Below are positions 1-7,876 of a stretch of 32,000 bases of DNA, one piece after another. Origin of the DNA: Candidatus Iainarchaeum sp. (lineage in GTDB: Archaea > Iainarchaeota > Iainarchaeia > Iainarchaeales > CSSED10-239); contig JAQVTI010000007.1 in the NCBI GenBank assembly GCA_028700115.1, positions 1 to 32,000 of the forward strand, in the 5' to 3' direction. Position 1 is the stretch's first letter, and each line of letters opens with the position of its first letter. A model generated the notes under the pieces. The model searched no databases and was not told where the DNA came from. It worked only from the letters and a program-made list of their open reading frames with translations. Both the position numbers and the translations under genes were made by a program.

Positions 1-1449
1 ATTACTTGCTGCAAAAGCTGAAACTCCTATACCATCTCCTAAAGAACTTTTAATATCTTCTAAAACTCCAGAATCTGCAATAATACTATTATCTGTTCCT
101 TTTTGGGAAATTGCTTTTCCAAGATTCATTTTAATTTCTTCAACACTTGTTCCTGAATTTAAGATTAAATCTAAATCTTCATTTTTTCCTCCAAGCTCTA
201 AATAAATTTCTTTTAATTTCTGAATTTTAGAATCTTGTGTTAAATTTTTCTTTTCTTCTCTAAGTCTTTGTATTTTATCATAAGGATCTTCCATTTTATT
301 TAATTCCTCTGTTAATGTTTTTATAAGTTCTTCATTTCCTGCAAAAATTTCTAATAAATTTTTTTCTAAATCACTTGCAAGTTCATTTATTGTTTTTTCT
401 TTTTCTTTTTCTAAATTTTCATAATGTTTTTCTAATTTATCTTTATTTTCTTCTATTATTTTTTCTTCATCTATATTATTTTGATTCTTTTTTGCTTTTG
501 AAGGATCTTTTTTAGAATAAACTTCATCCCAATTATCATTAATACAAGAATATGCTCTACTTCTTGCATAATCTGAATTATTACAAATTGCTAAAAATGC
601 ACCTAATTTAGATTCATAAAGTTCATCTGAATCAAATTTAGGAGTACATTCTTTTATTAAATCATGATCTTGAAAAAAATCTTCTATTTTTGCATTATTA
701 TTACTAAATTTAGCTAATACTATTTGATTTAAAGAAACATCTAAAAGATCATCTACACAAGATAAAAAATTACTTTCTACAACTCCTTCTATTAAACATT
801 CATGTCCATTATATACATCTACAACTCTAATACCATCTTCTATTTGAAAATAAATTTTATTAATTTCATTTATAACTTTTTCTTCAATATTTTCTTTTGA
901 AATTTTGTCTGTACAAATTTTTATTTCTTCAGATTTTTTGGTTTCACATTCATTAGTTAAATTTATATTTTCAAGCATTAATTCTCCACATGTTTTTGCT
1001 TCTAAACAAACACATTTTTCTTTACCATCTATTATTTCACAAGAAGGATTTGCACAAAGATTCATTTCAGAAAGTTTACTTGGGTCTTCTAAACAAAGTG
1101 TATTATAAAATGTACCATAATCACAAAAATCTAAATATGGTTCATAAATTTTTATAAATTCATTAAAATTAGGAACTGAAATAAGTGCATGATTTGCAAT
1201 CATTGTAAGTTTATCAAAACAATTTTTTTTATCAAGTTCCCAAGCAATTGAATATTCTTCTTGGGAATCAAAATTTTGTCTTAAAATTTGATTATTATTA
1301 TATTCTTCTTGAAATTCTTTTGCAACTTTTTGTTGTTCTTCTGGAAGATCATAAATACTCATTTCAGCAAAAACAGGATATATAAAATATATTAATCCAA
1401 ATATAATAAAAATTATTGAAAAAAATTTTTCTAATTTTTTAAAAGTCAT
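1..1449 (-). CDS. hypothetical secreted or membrane-anchored cysteine-rich protein with a Glu/Lys-rich coiled-coil-like C-terminal part (3' end runs off the window)
   Basis: Frame checked triplet by triplet: ATG at 1449-1447 and no stop down to base 1 (483 codons). N-terminus MTFKKLEKFFSIIFIIFGLIYFIYPVFA is a hydrophobic signal or anchor. The middle has many Cys. Absent from the ORF track because it has no stop inside the window. Confidence 0.6.
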   Translation of the reverse strand, partial: MTFKKLEKFFSIIFIIFGLIYFIYPVFAEMSIYDLPEEQQKVAKEFQEEYNNNQILRQNFDSQEEYSIAWELDKKNCFDKLTMIANHALISVPNFNEFIKIYEPYLDFCDYGTFYNTLCLEDPSKLSEMNLCANPSCEIIDGKEKCVCLEAKTCGELMLENINLTNECETKKSEEIKICTDKISKENIEEKVINEINKIYFQIEDGIRVVDVYNGHECLIEGVVESNFLSCVDDLLDVSLNQIVLAKFSNNNAKIEDFFQDHDLIKECTPKFDSDELYESKLGAFLAICNNSDYARSRAYSCINDNWDEVYSKKDPSKAKKNQNNIDEEKIIEENKDKLEKHYENLEKEKEKTINELASDLEKNLLEIFAGNEELIKTLTEELNKMEDPYDKIQRLREEKKNLTQDSKIQKLKEIYLELGGKNEDLDLILNSGTSVEEIKMNLGKAISQKGTDNSIIADSGVLEDIKSSLGDGIGVSAFAASN

Positions 1450-1625
1450 AAATAAAACTCTCCTTTTTTTAATTTTAAATTTTTTTTATAAATTAAAAAT
1501 GTATATTATTTTAAAATATAGATAATAATAATGTTTATAAACATAATTATATTATCATAAATTATAAAATTAGTAATTTATATAATAATTTATAATATTT
1601 AATAAAAATATTAAATTTGATTAAA

Positions 1626-2096
1626 ATGAAAGAAACAATAATTGGGATTATTAAAAATGTACAAGCAAAAGGAAAAAATACTTTTATTAAAAAAAATTGT
1701 GATTTATATTTTACAAATAAGAGAATTATTTGTATTATTTTAAGTGAATCTAATTTTATAAGTGGTATGACTGGGGGACTAATTGCAGGAGTTTCAGGAA
1801 TTATTGCACTTTCTCAAATAACAGATTATACAGCAAAAGATAAAAGATCTAAAAATAAAGAAAAAGAATTAGATTTTATAATTTATTCTAATCCAAATAG
1901 TTTTGAAATTAAAAATAATGATATAATTATAGAAAAATCAAAACTAGAAACAAGATTTATAAAAACTTTTAGAATATTTGCTCAATTAATAATAAAAACC
2001 AAATCTAAAAAATATTTTTTTGATATCCCTTATCAATATAGATATATTGCAAAAATAATTATATCAAAATATAACAATAAATTAAAAATAAATTAA
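1626..2096 (+). CDS. hypothetical protein
   Basis: ORF track 1617..2096. The track start is TTG; the first ATG is at 1626. One central hydrophobic, Gly-rich segment (GMTGGLIAGVSGIIAL). No family recognised. Confidence 0.4.
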   Translation: MKETIIGIIKNVQAKGKNTFIKKNCDLYFTNKRIICIILSESNFISGMTGGLIAGVSGIIALSQITDYTAKDKRSKNKEKELDFIIYSNPNSFEIKNNDIIIEKSKLETRFIKTFRIFAQLIIKTKSKKYFFDIPYQYRYIAKIIISKYNNKLKIN

Positions 2097-2668
2097 ATTA
2101 TTAATTCATATTCTGGAAGTAAATTATAATCTATTTCTATATGTTTTAAATCTGATCCTTTTATTCTAGATAAATCAGAATTATAAGATTTATCAATATA
2201 TTCTAAAAATAATTTATTCCCTTCAAAATAAACAGAATATATTTTTTTAACATTTTTATCTTTAAGAAATTTATTAAATTTAATAATTTTTATTTTAGAA
2301 ATAGGTTTAAAACCTAAAGATTGTGCAAAATTAGGATGTTTTATAAAAATCCAAGAACTAATTTTTATTTTAGGAATTTTTTCTTTTTTTGCATATTTTT
2401 TAATTAATTCAATATTATATATTAATTTACGAAGAGATGGATCTAAATTTATTGACATCCCTTTAATTCTTTCAAAATCTTCTATTCTGATATGATCTTT
2501 AAATTTTAAAATTTTTAATTTATAATTTCTTGTTTTAATTTTTTGATTATTTTCAAATTTACCAATAATTGGATGTTTCTTTAAAATATTATAATTTATA
2601 TTACTTTTTATATCTGAAAATGTTTCTTTAATAATTTTAGTTACTATTGAATTTTTTGTTATAACCAT
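2093..2668 (-). CDS. hypothetical protein
   Basis: 191-aa ORF with an ATG start. No motif recognised. Confidence 0.5.
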   Translation of the reverse strand: MVITKNSIVTKIIKETFSDIKSNINYNILKKHPIIGKFENNQKIKTRNYKLKILKFKDHIRIEDFERIKGMSINLDPSLRKLIYNIELIKKYAKKEKIPKIKISSWIFIKHPNFAQSLGFKPISKIKIIKFNKFLKDKNVKKIYSVYFEGNKLFLEYIDKSYNSDLSRIKGSDLKHIEIDYNLLPEYELII

Positions 2669-2693
2669 ACAATATCATTATTTATAAATTATA

Positions 2694-3194
2694 TTAATTT
2701 AATAAAAATACTAAAAAATTTAAAATCATTGCAAAAAAAATCCATAAAACATAAGGTAATAATAATCTAGAAGCAGTTCTATTTATATAACTAAATTTAT
2801 TAATTGTTAAAATTATAAAAACTTCTAAAATAACAATTTCAATTAATGATATAAACAAAAAATTAAATTCAAAAAATAAAATAACCCATAAAAAATTTAA
2901 AATTAATTGTATTATAAAAAAATTTATTGCAGATTTTCTTAAATCTATAAAAGATTTATTTTTATTATATGTTTTTAAAATAATATAAAATGAAATAATC
3001 ATTAAAATAAATAAAATATTCCAAACTATTGGAAAAATAAAACTAGGAGGTACTAAAAAAGGTAAATTTATTGTTTGATACCAAGTTGGTATATTTCTAG
3101 TTGTAAAAATACTTCCAATTATTGCAGTTATAAAAATAAATATTACTGAAATTATAAATGCAGTTAATTTATTTAATTTTTTATATATAAACAT
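2694..3194 (-). CDS. tspO: TspO/MBR (tryptophan-rich sensory protein) family membrane protein
   Basis: About 5 TM segments. N-terminal pattern 'PTWYQTINLPFLVPPSFIFPIVWNILF' matches the TspO signature W-Y-x-x-L-x-x-P-x-x-x-PP-x-x-x-F-x-x-VW-x-x-L. Confidence 0.65.
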   Translation of the reverse strand: MFIYKKLNKLTAFIISVIFIFITAIIGSIFTTRNIPTWYQTINLPFLVPPSFIFPIVWNILFILMIISFYIILKTYNKNKSFIDLRKSAINFFIIQLILNFLWVILFFEFNFLFISLIEIVILEVFIILTINKFSYINRTASRLLLPYVLWIFFAMILNFLVFLLN

Positions 3195-3257
3195 ATTAAA
3201 ATATGTAGAAGAATTAATTTAAAAATATGTGCTTTTTTCTTTAAATAAATAAAAATA

Positions 3258-3361
3258 TCCCTCCTCCCAGATTCGGACTGGGGATCTTCCGGTCACCGCC
3301 AATTAGGGCAGTTTACCTAATGTCTACAGCCGGACGCACTAGACCACTATGCTAAGGAGGG
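3258..3361 (-). tRNA. tRNA-Tyr(GUA) with a 30-nt intron at the canonical 37/38 position
   Basis: Folded by hand on the reverse complement. Acceptor CCCTCCT/AGGAGGG (C1-G72, the archaeal/eukaryal Tyr identity pair). D arm GCAT..GTGC. Anticodon stem TCCGG/CCGGA with loop CTGTAG|intron|A. T arm CCCAG-TCCGAAT-CTGGG. Intron ACATTAGGTAAACTGCCCTAATTGGCGGTG contains an ATTAGG/CCTAAT hairpin. Confidence 0.85.
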
Positions 3362-3438
3362 ATTAAAAAAACTCTTAAAAACAATAGGTTAATTAATATA
3401 TATTATATGTAAGAAAAGATATATAAATAAAACCCTTT

Positions 3439-3876
3439 CTAACCTTTTATTGCTTTTTTTAATTTTTTAAGAGCAGGAAAAAGTATTTGATGATAAGCTA
3501 TAACTTTATTATTCTTTAAAAAATAATCTTCTAAAAGATAAACTTGTACAGCCTCAACAAAAGCATCTTTTATATTTTTATCTATCTCTTTTGGAATAAC
3601 TGCTGTTATTTTCTTTTTTGTTTTTGCAGAATAAATTTCAGTTAAAAAAACAGATTCATCTAAATCAAAAAGTGCTTTATTTTCTTCAATAAATTTTTCT
3701 ACATCAACAATTTCTGCAAGCAAAGATTTAATTTTACTATTTGTAGAAACTTGGATTGATACAATAAATTGCAAAATATCCTCTGGTTTTTTAGTTAAAT
3801 CTACATTCATTTTTTTAACAGCAGTAAAGCCTTTAACATTTGATACAAAATCTATTCTTTCACTCATAATTTTCAC
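3439..3876 (-). CDS. hypothetical protein
   Basis: 145-aa ORF. The track start at 3876 is GTG; the first ATG is at 3867. No motif recognised. Confidence 0.5.
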   Translation of the reverse strand: MKIMSERIDFVSNVKGFTAVKKMNVDLTKKPEDILQFIVSIQVSTNSKIKSLLAEIVDVEKFIEENKALFDLDESVFLTEIYSAKTKKKITAVIPKEIDKNIKDAFVEAVQVYLLEDYFLKNNKVIAYHQILFPALKKLKKAIKG

Positions 3877-3927
3877 ATATTTAAATTACTTTAATTCTAA
3901 AAAATTATACTTAATAATATTTATAAA

Positions 3928-4524
3928 TTAATCTTTTTCTAAAAAACAATTATTACATCTTGCTTGATAAAAATTAATTCCACCAATTACAACAGTATCT
4001 TTAGATTCTCCTAACCTATAAGTTCTAGTTGCAACCTTTCCACAATTATTACAAATTGCATCAAGTGAAATAACTTTGTCAGACAAAGCCATAAGTGTAC
4101 ATATATGATCTTTTTTATCCTTAAAAGGAAAAGGCTTTCCTTCAAATGTCTGATTTAAACCACATGCAAAAACATTTATTCTATATTTATTTCTTAATTT
4201 TTCTATAACATTAATTATATTTGAATCAAAAAACTGAACTTCATATATATAAACATTAATTAATTTTTCAGATTTATTATGATTAGATAAACTTAGTTCT
4301 TTTTTCACAAAATTTAAAATATCATTAGAATCTTTTGCATTTATTGCTTTTTCTTTTTGACCATTATGATTTACAACTTCTCCATTTTAAGAATATCTTT
4401 GATCCATATCTGGTTTAAAACAAATAGATTTTCTCTGAGCAATTTCTTCTCTTGAAAAAAGTCTTTGAAGTTCTGTTATTTTTCCAGAAAACATAGGTCC
4501 TGTAATTATTATTAATTTACACAT
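3928..4524 (-). pseudogene. tdk: thymidine kinase (TK1-type) interrupted by a single in-frame TAA at codon 46
   Basis: ATG at 4524. N-terminus MCKLIIITGPMFSGKITEL carries the P-loop GxxxxGK(T/S), followed by FKPDMDQRYS. A TAA at 4389-4387 follows. The same frame then continues NGEVVNHNG...YIYEVQFFD...C-terminal CNNCG/RCNNC zinc ribbon (the track ORF 3928..4308 is this C-terminal part). Confidence 0.8.
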
Positions 4525-4576
4525 ATTTTCATCTTCTTTAAAATATAAATGTATAATATATCAAATTTAATATAAA

Positions 4577-4633
4577 GTTGCCGATTTAAATCGACAACAC
4601 TTATGTATTTTGTCGATTTAAATCGACAAAATA
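4577..4633. promoter_or_regulatory. two copies of a long palindrome (core TCGATTTAAATCGA), centres 32 bp apart: candidate operator or TATA-overlapping site upstream of tdk
   Basis: 4577-4598 GTTGCCGATTTAAATCGACAAC is a 22-nt palindrome with 1 mismatched pair. 4606-4633 TATTTTGTCGATTTAAATCGACAAAATA is a perfect 28-nt palindrome. They lie 53-110 nt upstream of the tdk ATG. Confidence 0.45.
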
Positions 4634-4639
4634 ATTTAT

Positions 4640-5460
4640 TCAATCAATAGGCACATTAAACTTATAACTTTCTCTTAATAACAAATCTGTAAAATAAATT
4701 TCATATTTATCTTTTTTAATATCCACAAATATATTTGCTGGATTTAGATAATCATCAATTACTTCTATATTTTTAGAAGTATGAACACCAATTTCTTTAG
4801 AATATTTTTCAATATTTTCAATTTTTTTTAAAATACTGTTTTGTTTTTTACGAGAAAATTTTTTTTTAAAAGTTAAATCAGAAAGAGTTTATAAATTTGA
4901 AAAATCATAAATTATAATATTATTATTATATATATTAGAATTAAAAGAAAAATGTGGTTTTATTGTTTGAATTCCAAATTTTTCAAAAACCTTACTAGCT
5001 AGAAATTCATTATAGATATATGTATTATTTACTTCATTTCTTAAAATTTTTACAAAATATCTTTTTAAACTATTTTTATCCTTAAACAAAATACTCATCT
5101 TATAAAGTCCACTATGCAATGAACCATGTGCTATATAATAAGGTTTTAAATTAATTTTTAATTTTTTATTTTCAGAAATAATTTCTTTTTCCGTAATTCT
5201 TGAAATTAGTTCTTTTTTTATAAATTTATAAATATCAGGATATTCTTTTAGAATTTGTTTAGCTTCTTTACTTAAGTTTATTTTAATTCCTTGTTTTTCA
5301 TCAATCTTTTGATAAAACAAAACTTTATTATCTTTTTTTACAACCTTAAGTTTAGAACCTTCTTTTCCTTTTAAAGTTTTTTTAGAAATATTAGAATTTA
5401 AATTTATTTCCCCTATATTTATTTTTTTTCTAAGTTTAAACAGATTTTTTCTAAATTTAA
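4640..5460 (-). pseudogene. kinase-fold-like family paralog (same family as 16930-18787) with an in-frame TAA and no obvious ATG start
   Basis: The track ORF 4889..5320 ends ...IIIYDFSNL-stop (TAA at 4891-4889). The same frame continues TLSDLTFKKK...YLNPANIFVDIKKDKYEIYFTDLL...PID-stop (4640). This aligns with LDYSNLQNLKSFY and DILPKNVLI...YLIDP of the intact paralogs. The upstream open frame has no ATG before it runs into the RNase P RNA gene. The 5' limit is approximate. Confidence 0.6.
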
Positions 5461-5470
5461 GTAAATAATA

Positions 5471-5718
5471 GTGGTTTGCTATAAGCTGCCTTCTGTAGTT
5501 AATAACAATTTATCTTAGCGGAAAAAAACTTCCTTGCACTCTAATTTCTGAAATTTTCAGCAATCCTTCTTTTTCCTCAATTTTCCATATCACAGGTTAA
5601 CAAAAAGAAGATGTATTATTTCTGCTCAGAAAAAACCTCTATTAAAGGTTTTGATTTTAATGAGTGGGCAGACCTTCCTTATTTTCTTAAAAAAGAAAAT
5701 ATGTTAAACACAAACCAC
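5471..5718 (-). ncRNA. rnpB: RNase P RNA (compact, about 248 nt)
   Basis: On the reverse complement, P1 is GTGGTTTG...CAAACCAC and P3 is the hairpin ATTTTCTT-TTTT-AAGAAAAT. AAGGAAGGTCTGCCC corresponds to the conserved GAGGAAAGTCCGGGC. GAGTGCAAGG corresponds to GGAGCAAGGCC. ACTACAGAAGGCAGCTTAT corresponds to ACGACAGAACCCGGCTTAT. The CTGCC/GGCAG pairing covaries with CCGGG/CCCGG of the E. coli RNA. Local GC is higher than the surroundings. Confidence 0.85.
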
Positions 5719-5786
5719 TAATAAATATATATTATATATTTATTATAAAAAACTATTGTTTAAAATAAAAAAATTTATTATAAAAA

Positions 5787-6485
5787 TCAAAAAGAAATAC
5801 ATTTATTAAAAATAATAATTGTTCCAGAAATTAAAAAATATATAAAATACATAATAAAAATTTTAGAAACAATTTCAGATATAAAAATATTCCCAAAAAT
5901 AGTAAATAACCCTAAAATTATAAAATATATAAATAAAATTAAAAATATATAACCTATAAAAAAAGAAAAATAAACTAAAAAAATTCTAGAAAATATTAAT
6001 TTAAAAGTTTTTTTAAAATCAAAAATTATTTCAATTTTTTCTTTAGATACATAATTACTTAAATTAATTATTTTTATAAATTCTAAAACAATTACAAAAA
6101 ATATAAAAATTAATCCAAATATTCCAGAAATAGTTAAATTAAATAAATTTAATGAAGAAAAATTAAACATATTTGATACTATCAAAGAAGGAGAAAATCC
6201 TATCAATATTAAAATTGACTGAAATATAAAAAATATAAAATTACAAACTATAAATATAAATGAATATTTTAATAAATTAATAGAAAATAAATTTTTAAAA
6301 CTTAATTTATTCTTAATATTTAAAGAAATTACAAAATATGATATAAATATTGTTAAAAAAAAGGATATTACAAAAAAAGTACTATTAATTAAAGATAAAA
6401 TACCAAAAATCAAAATCAATAAAAAAAATTTATAATTTACAAACGGCTTTCTAAAAACATCTACAAAATTAAAATTATTATTCAT
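5787..6485 (-). CDS. hypothetical polytopic membrane protein
   Basis: 232-aa ORF made almost entirely of hydrophobic Phe/Ile/Leu-rich segments (about 6 TM). Confidence 0.55.
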   Translation of the reverse strand: MNNNFNFVDVFRKPFVNYKFFLLILIFGILSLINSTFFVISFFLTIFISYFVISLNIKNKLSFKNLFSINLLKYSFIFIVCNFIFFIFQSILILIGFSPSLIVSNMFNFSSLNLFNLTISGIFGLIFIFFVIVLEFIKIINLSNYVSKEKIEIIFDFKKTFKLIFSRIFLVYFSFFIGYIFLILFIYFIILGLFTIFGNIFISEIVSKIFIMYFIYFLISGTIIIFNKCISF

Positions 6486-6560
6486 TTATTAAACACCTAA
6501 TTAATATACTATATATAATCCTTTTATAAATAAATTTATTTTAAAAAAAATAAAAATTAA

Positions 6561-7547
6561 TTATAATCTTCTAGTATTTTTAAGAGAATTAACTTTAATA
6601 AATTTATCCTTATTTTTTAAGATTTTATTTCTTCCAAAAAGATTTTTAGTTTTTTCTCTATTTTTTAAAAGATAATTCAATTCAACAAAAACACCACCTT
6701 GTTTGGAAATTACAGATGTTTGTCTTTCAAGATACATACTAAATTTTCCTTTTTCTTTAGGTTTAAAATATATTGAAAAATTAATAGATGGATTACTTTT
6801 TTTAGTTTTAGGATTAATTAATCTTCCACCTTCTAAAGTTGAATTAAATATATATTCTCCTTTTTTACTTAAATCTGCAGTTCCATAAAAACCTATAAAT
6901 TTTGTAGAAATATTTTTATTTTCAAAAACTCTAATTCCTGCAGAATATTTATTTTTATTAAATTTTATTTCTGAAATACCATTATATGATTTAATTATAC
7001 CATTTTCTAAATAAATACTTCCACCAATTCCTATATTTTCTTTTTTATTTCTTAAAGCAAGTGAAATTTCTGATTTTTCTAAAATATTAATATCCTTTAA
7101 TTTAAAATTATTTAAATTTTTATCAAAACCAACATTTAAAGATATAGGAAGTTTAAAAATTTCTGAAAATTTTAAAACAGTATGTATTTGAGAATAAAAT
7201 TTATCCGGAACAAGTTTTCCATTGATAAACATATTATTTTTTCCAACTTCTAAAGCAAAATTATATTTTAGATTATTTTTATCTTTACCAAATCTATATT
7301 CTAAACTTTGTGTTAATGTTTTTTTTTCTAATTCCCCAGGATCTAAATAAAATGTTCTTGATGAAAATAAATTTCCTTGTTCGTATATTATTGGATTAAA
7401 TTCTAAAGTTTTAATACTTGAAATTTGTTGAGCTGAAACTTTTTGTGAACCAATAAATACAGATGTACTTAATAATAATGTTTTTAAAATTTGTTTAGGA
7501 TTTTTTAAATAAGATATAATAAATTGTTTTGTGTTTTTGAATTTCAT
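6561..7547 (-). CDS. hypothetical secreted beta-strand-rich protein
   Basis: N-terminal signal-like segment LLLSTSVFIGSQKVSAQQ. The rest has short alternating hydrophobic/polar stretches (YNFALEVG, YSAGIRVF, FIGFYGTADL, FSMYLERQ, VFVELNYL). Confidence 0.55.
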   Translation of the reverse strand: MKFKNTKQFIISYLKNPKQILKTLLLSTSVFIGSQKVSAQQISSIKTLEFNPIIYEQGNLFSSRTFYLDPGELEKKTLTQSLEYRFGKDKNNLKYNFALEVGKNNMFINGKLVPDKFYSQIHTVLKFSEIFKLPISLNVGFDKNLNNFKLKDINILEKSEISLALRNKKENIGIGGSIYLENGIIKSYNGISEIKFNKNKYSAGIRVFENKNISTKFIGFYGTADLSKKGEYIFNSTLEGGRLINPKTKKSNPSINFSIYFKPKEKGKFSMYLERQTSVISKQGGVFVELNYLLKNREKTKNLFGRNKILKNKDKFIKVNSLKNTRRL

Positions 7548-7641
7548 AAAAATCGTGTTATAATCTTTTTTTAATATATAAAATAATTATAAATCTTATA
7601 AATAATATTATAAAATATAAATAAAATAATAAAATTTAAAG

Positions 7642-7714
7642 TGGACTCTACGAGATTTGAACTCGCGGCCTCGTCCTTGCAAGGGACGCGCTCTACCAAC
7701 TGAGCTAAGAGCCC
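7642..7714 (-). tRNA. tRNA-Ala(UGC)
   Basis: Reverse complement GGGCTCTTAGCTCAGTTGGTAGAGCGCGTCCCTTGCAAGGACGAGGCCGCGAGTTCAAATCTCGTAGAGTCCA. Anticodon loop CTTGCAA. G3-U70 pair present in the acceptor GGGCTCT/AGAGTCC. Confidence 0.9.
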
Positions 7715-7876
7715 TTTTATTAAAATATTATATAAGAAAACACTTATAAATATATTTTTTTAAAATAAACATAAATAAATTGAAGAAAAATAGAGAGAAT
7801 GTGGAGATTAGAAGTATTTGCTTAAAAAACTCTAATTTGAAAATTTCGAAAAAATAACTAAATAAAATAGTTATAT

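Noticed and set aside
905-1108. Plus-strand 67-aa ORF
   Set aside because: It is antisense to a 483-codon uninterrupted minus-strand ORF (1-1449) and has low-complexity content. The other antisense track ORFs fail for the same reason: 6703..6888, 13236..13487, 23240..23467, 27258..27482 and 29051..29242.
4387-4891. TAA reassignment (alternative genetic code) as the explanation for the two in-frame TAA codons
   Set aside because: TAA is the terminator of well-defined genes in the window, such as fen and thrS, at positions matching the expected protein ends. Code reassignment is therefore not supported. Pseudogenes or sequence errors are more likely.
5321-5510. Upstream extension of the open frame of the 4889..5320 ORF into 5461-5510
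   Set aside because: The frame stays open only because it runs into the RNase P RNA gene (5471-5718), which has its own strong structural signature. The extension contains no ATG, so it is not treated as coding beyond about 5460.
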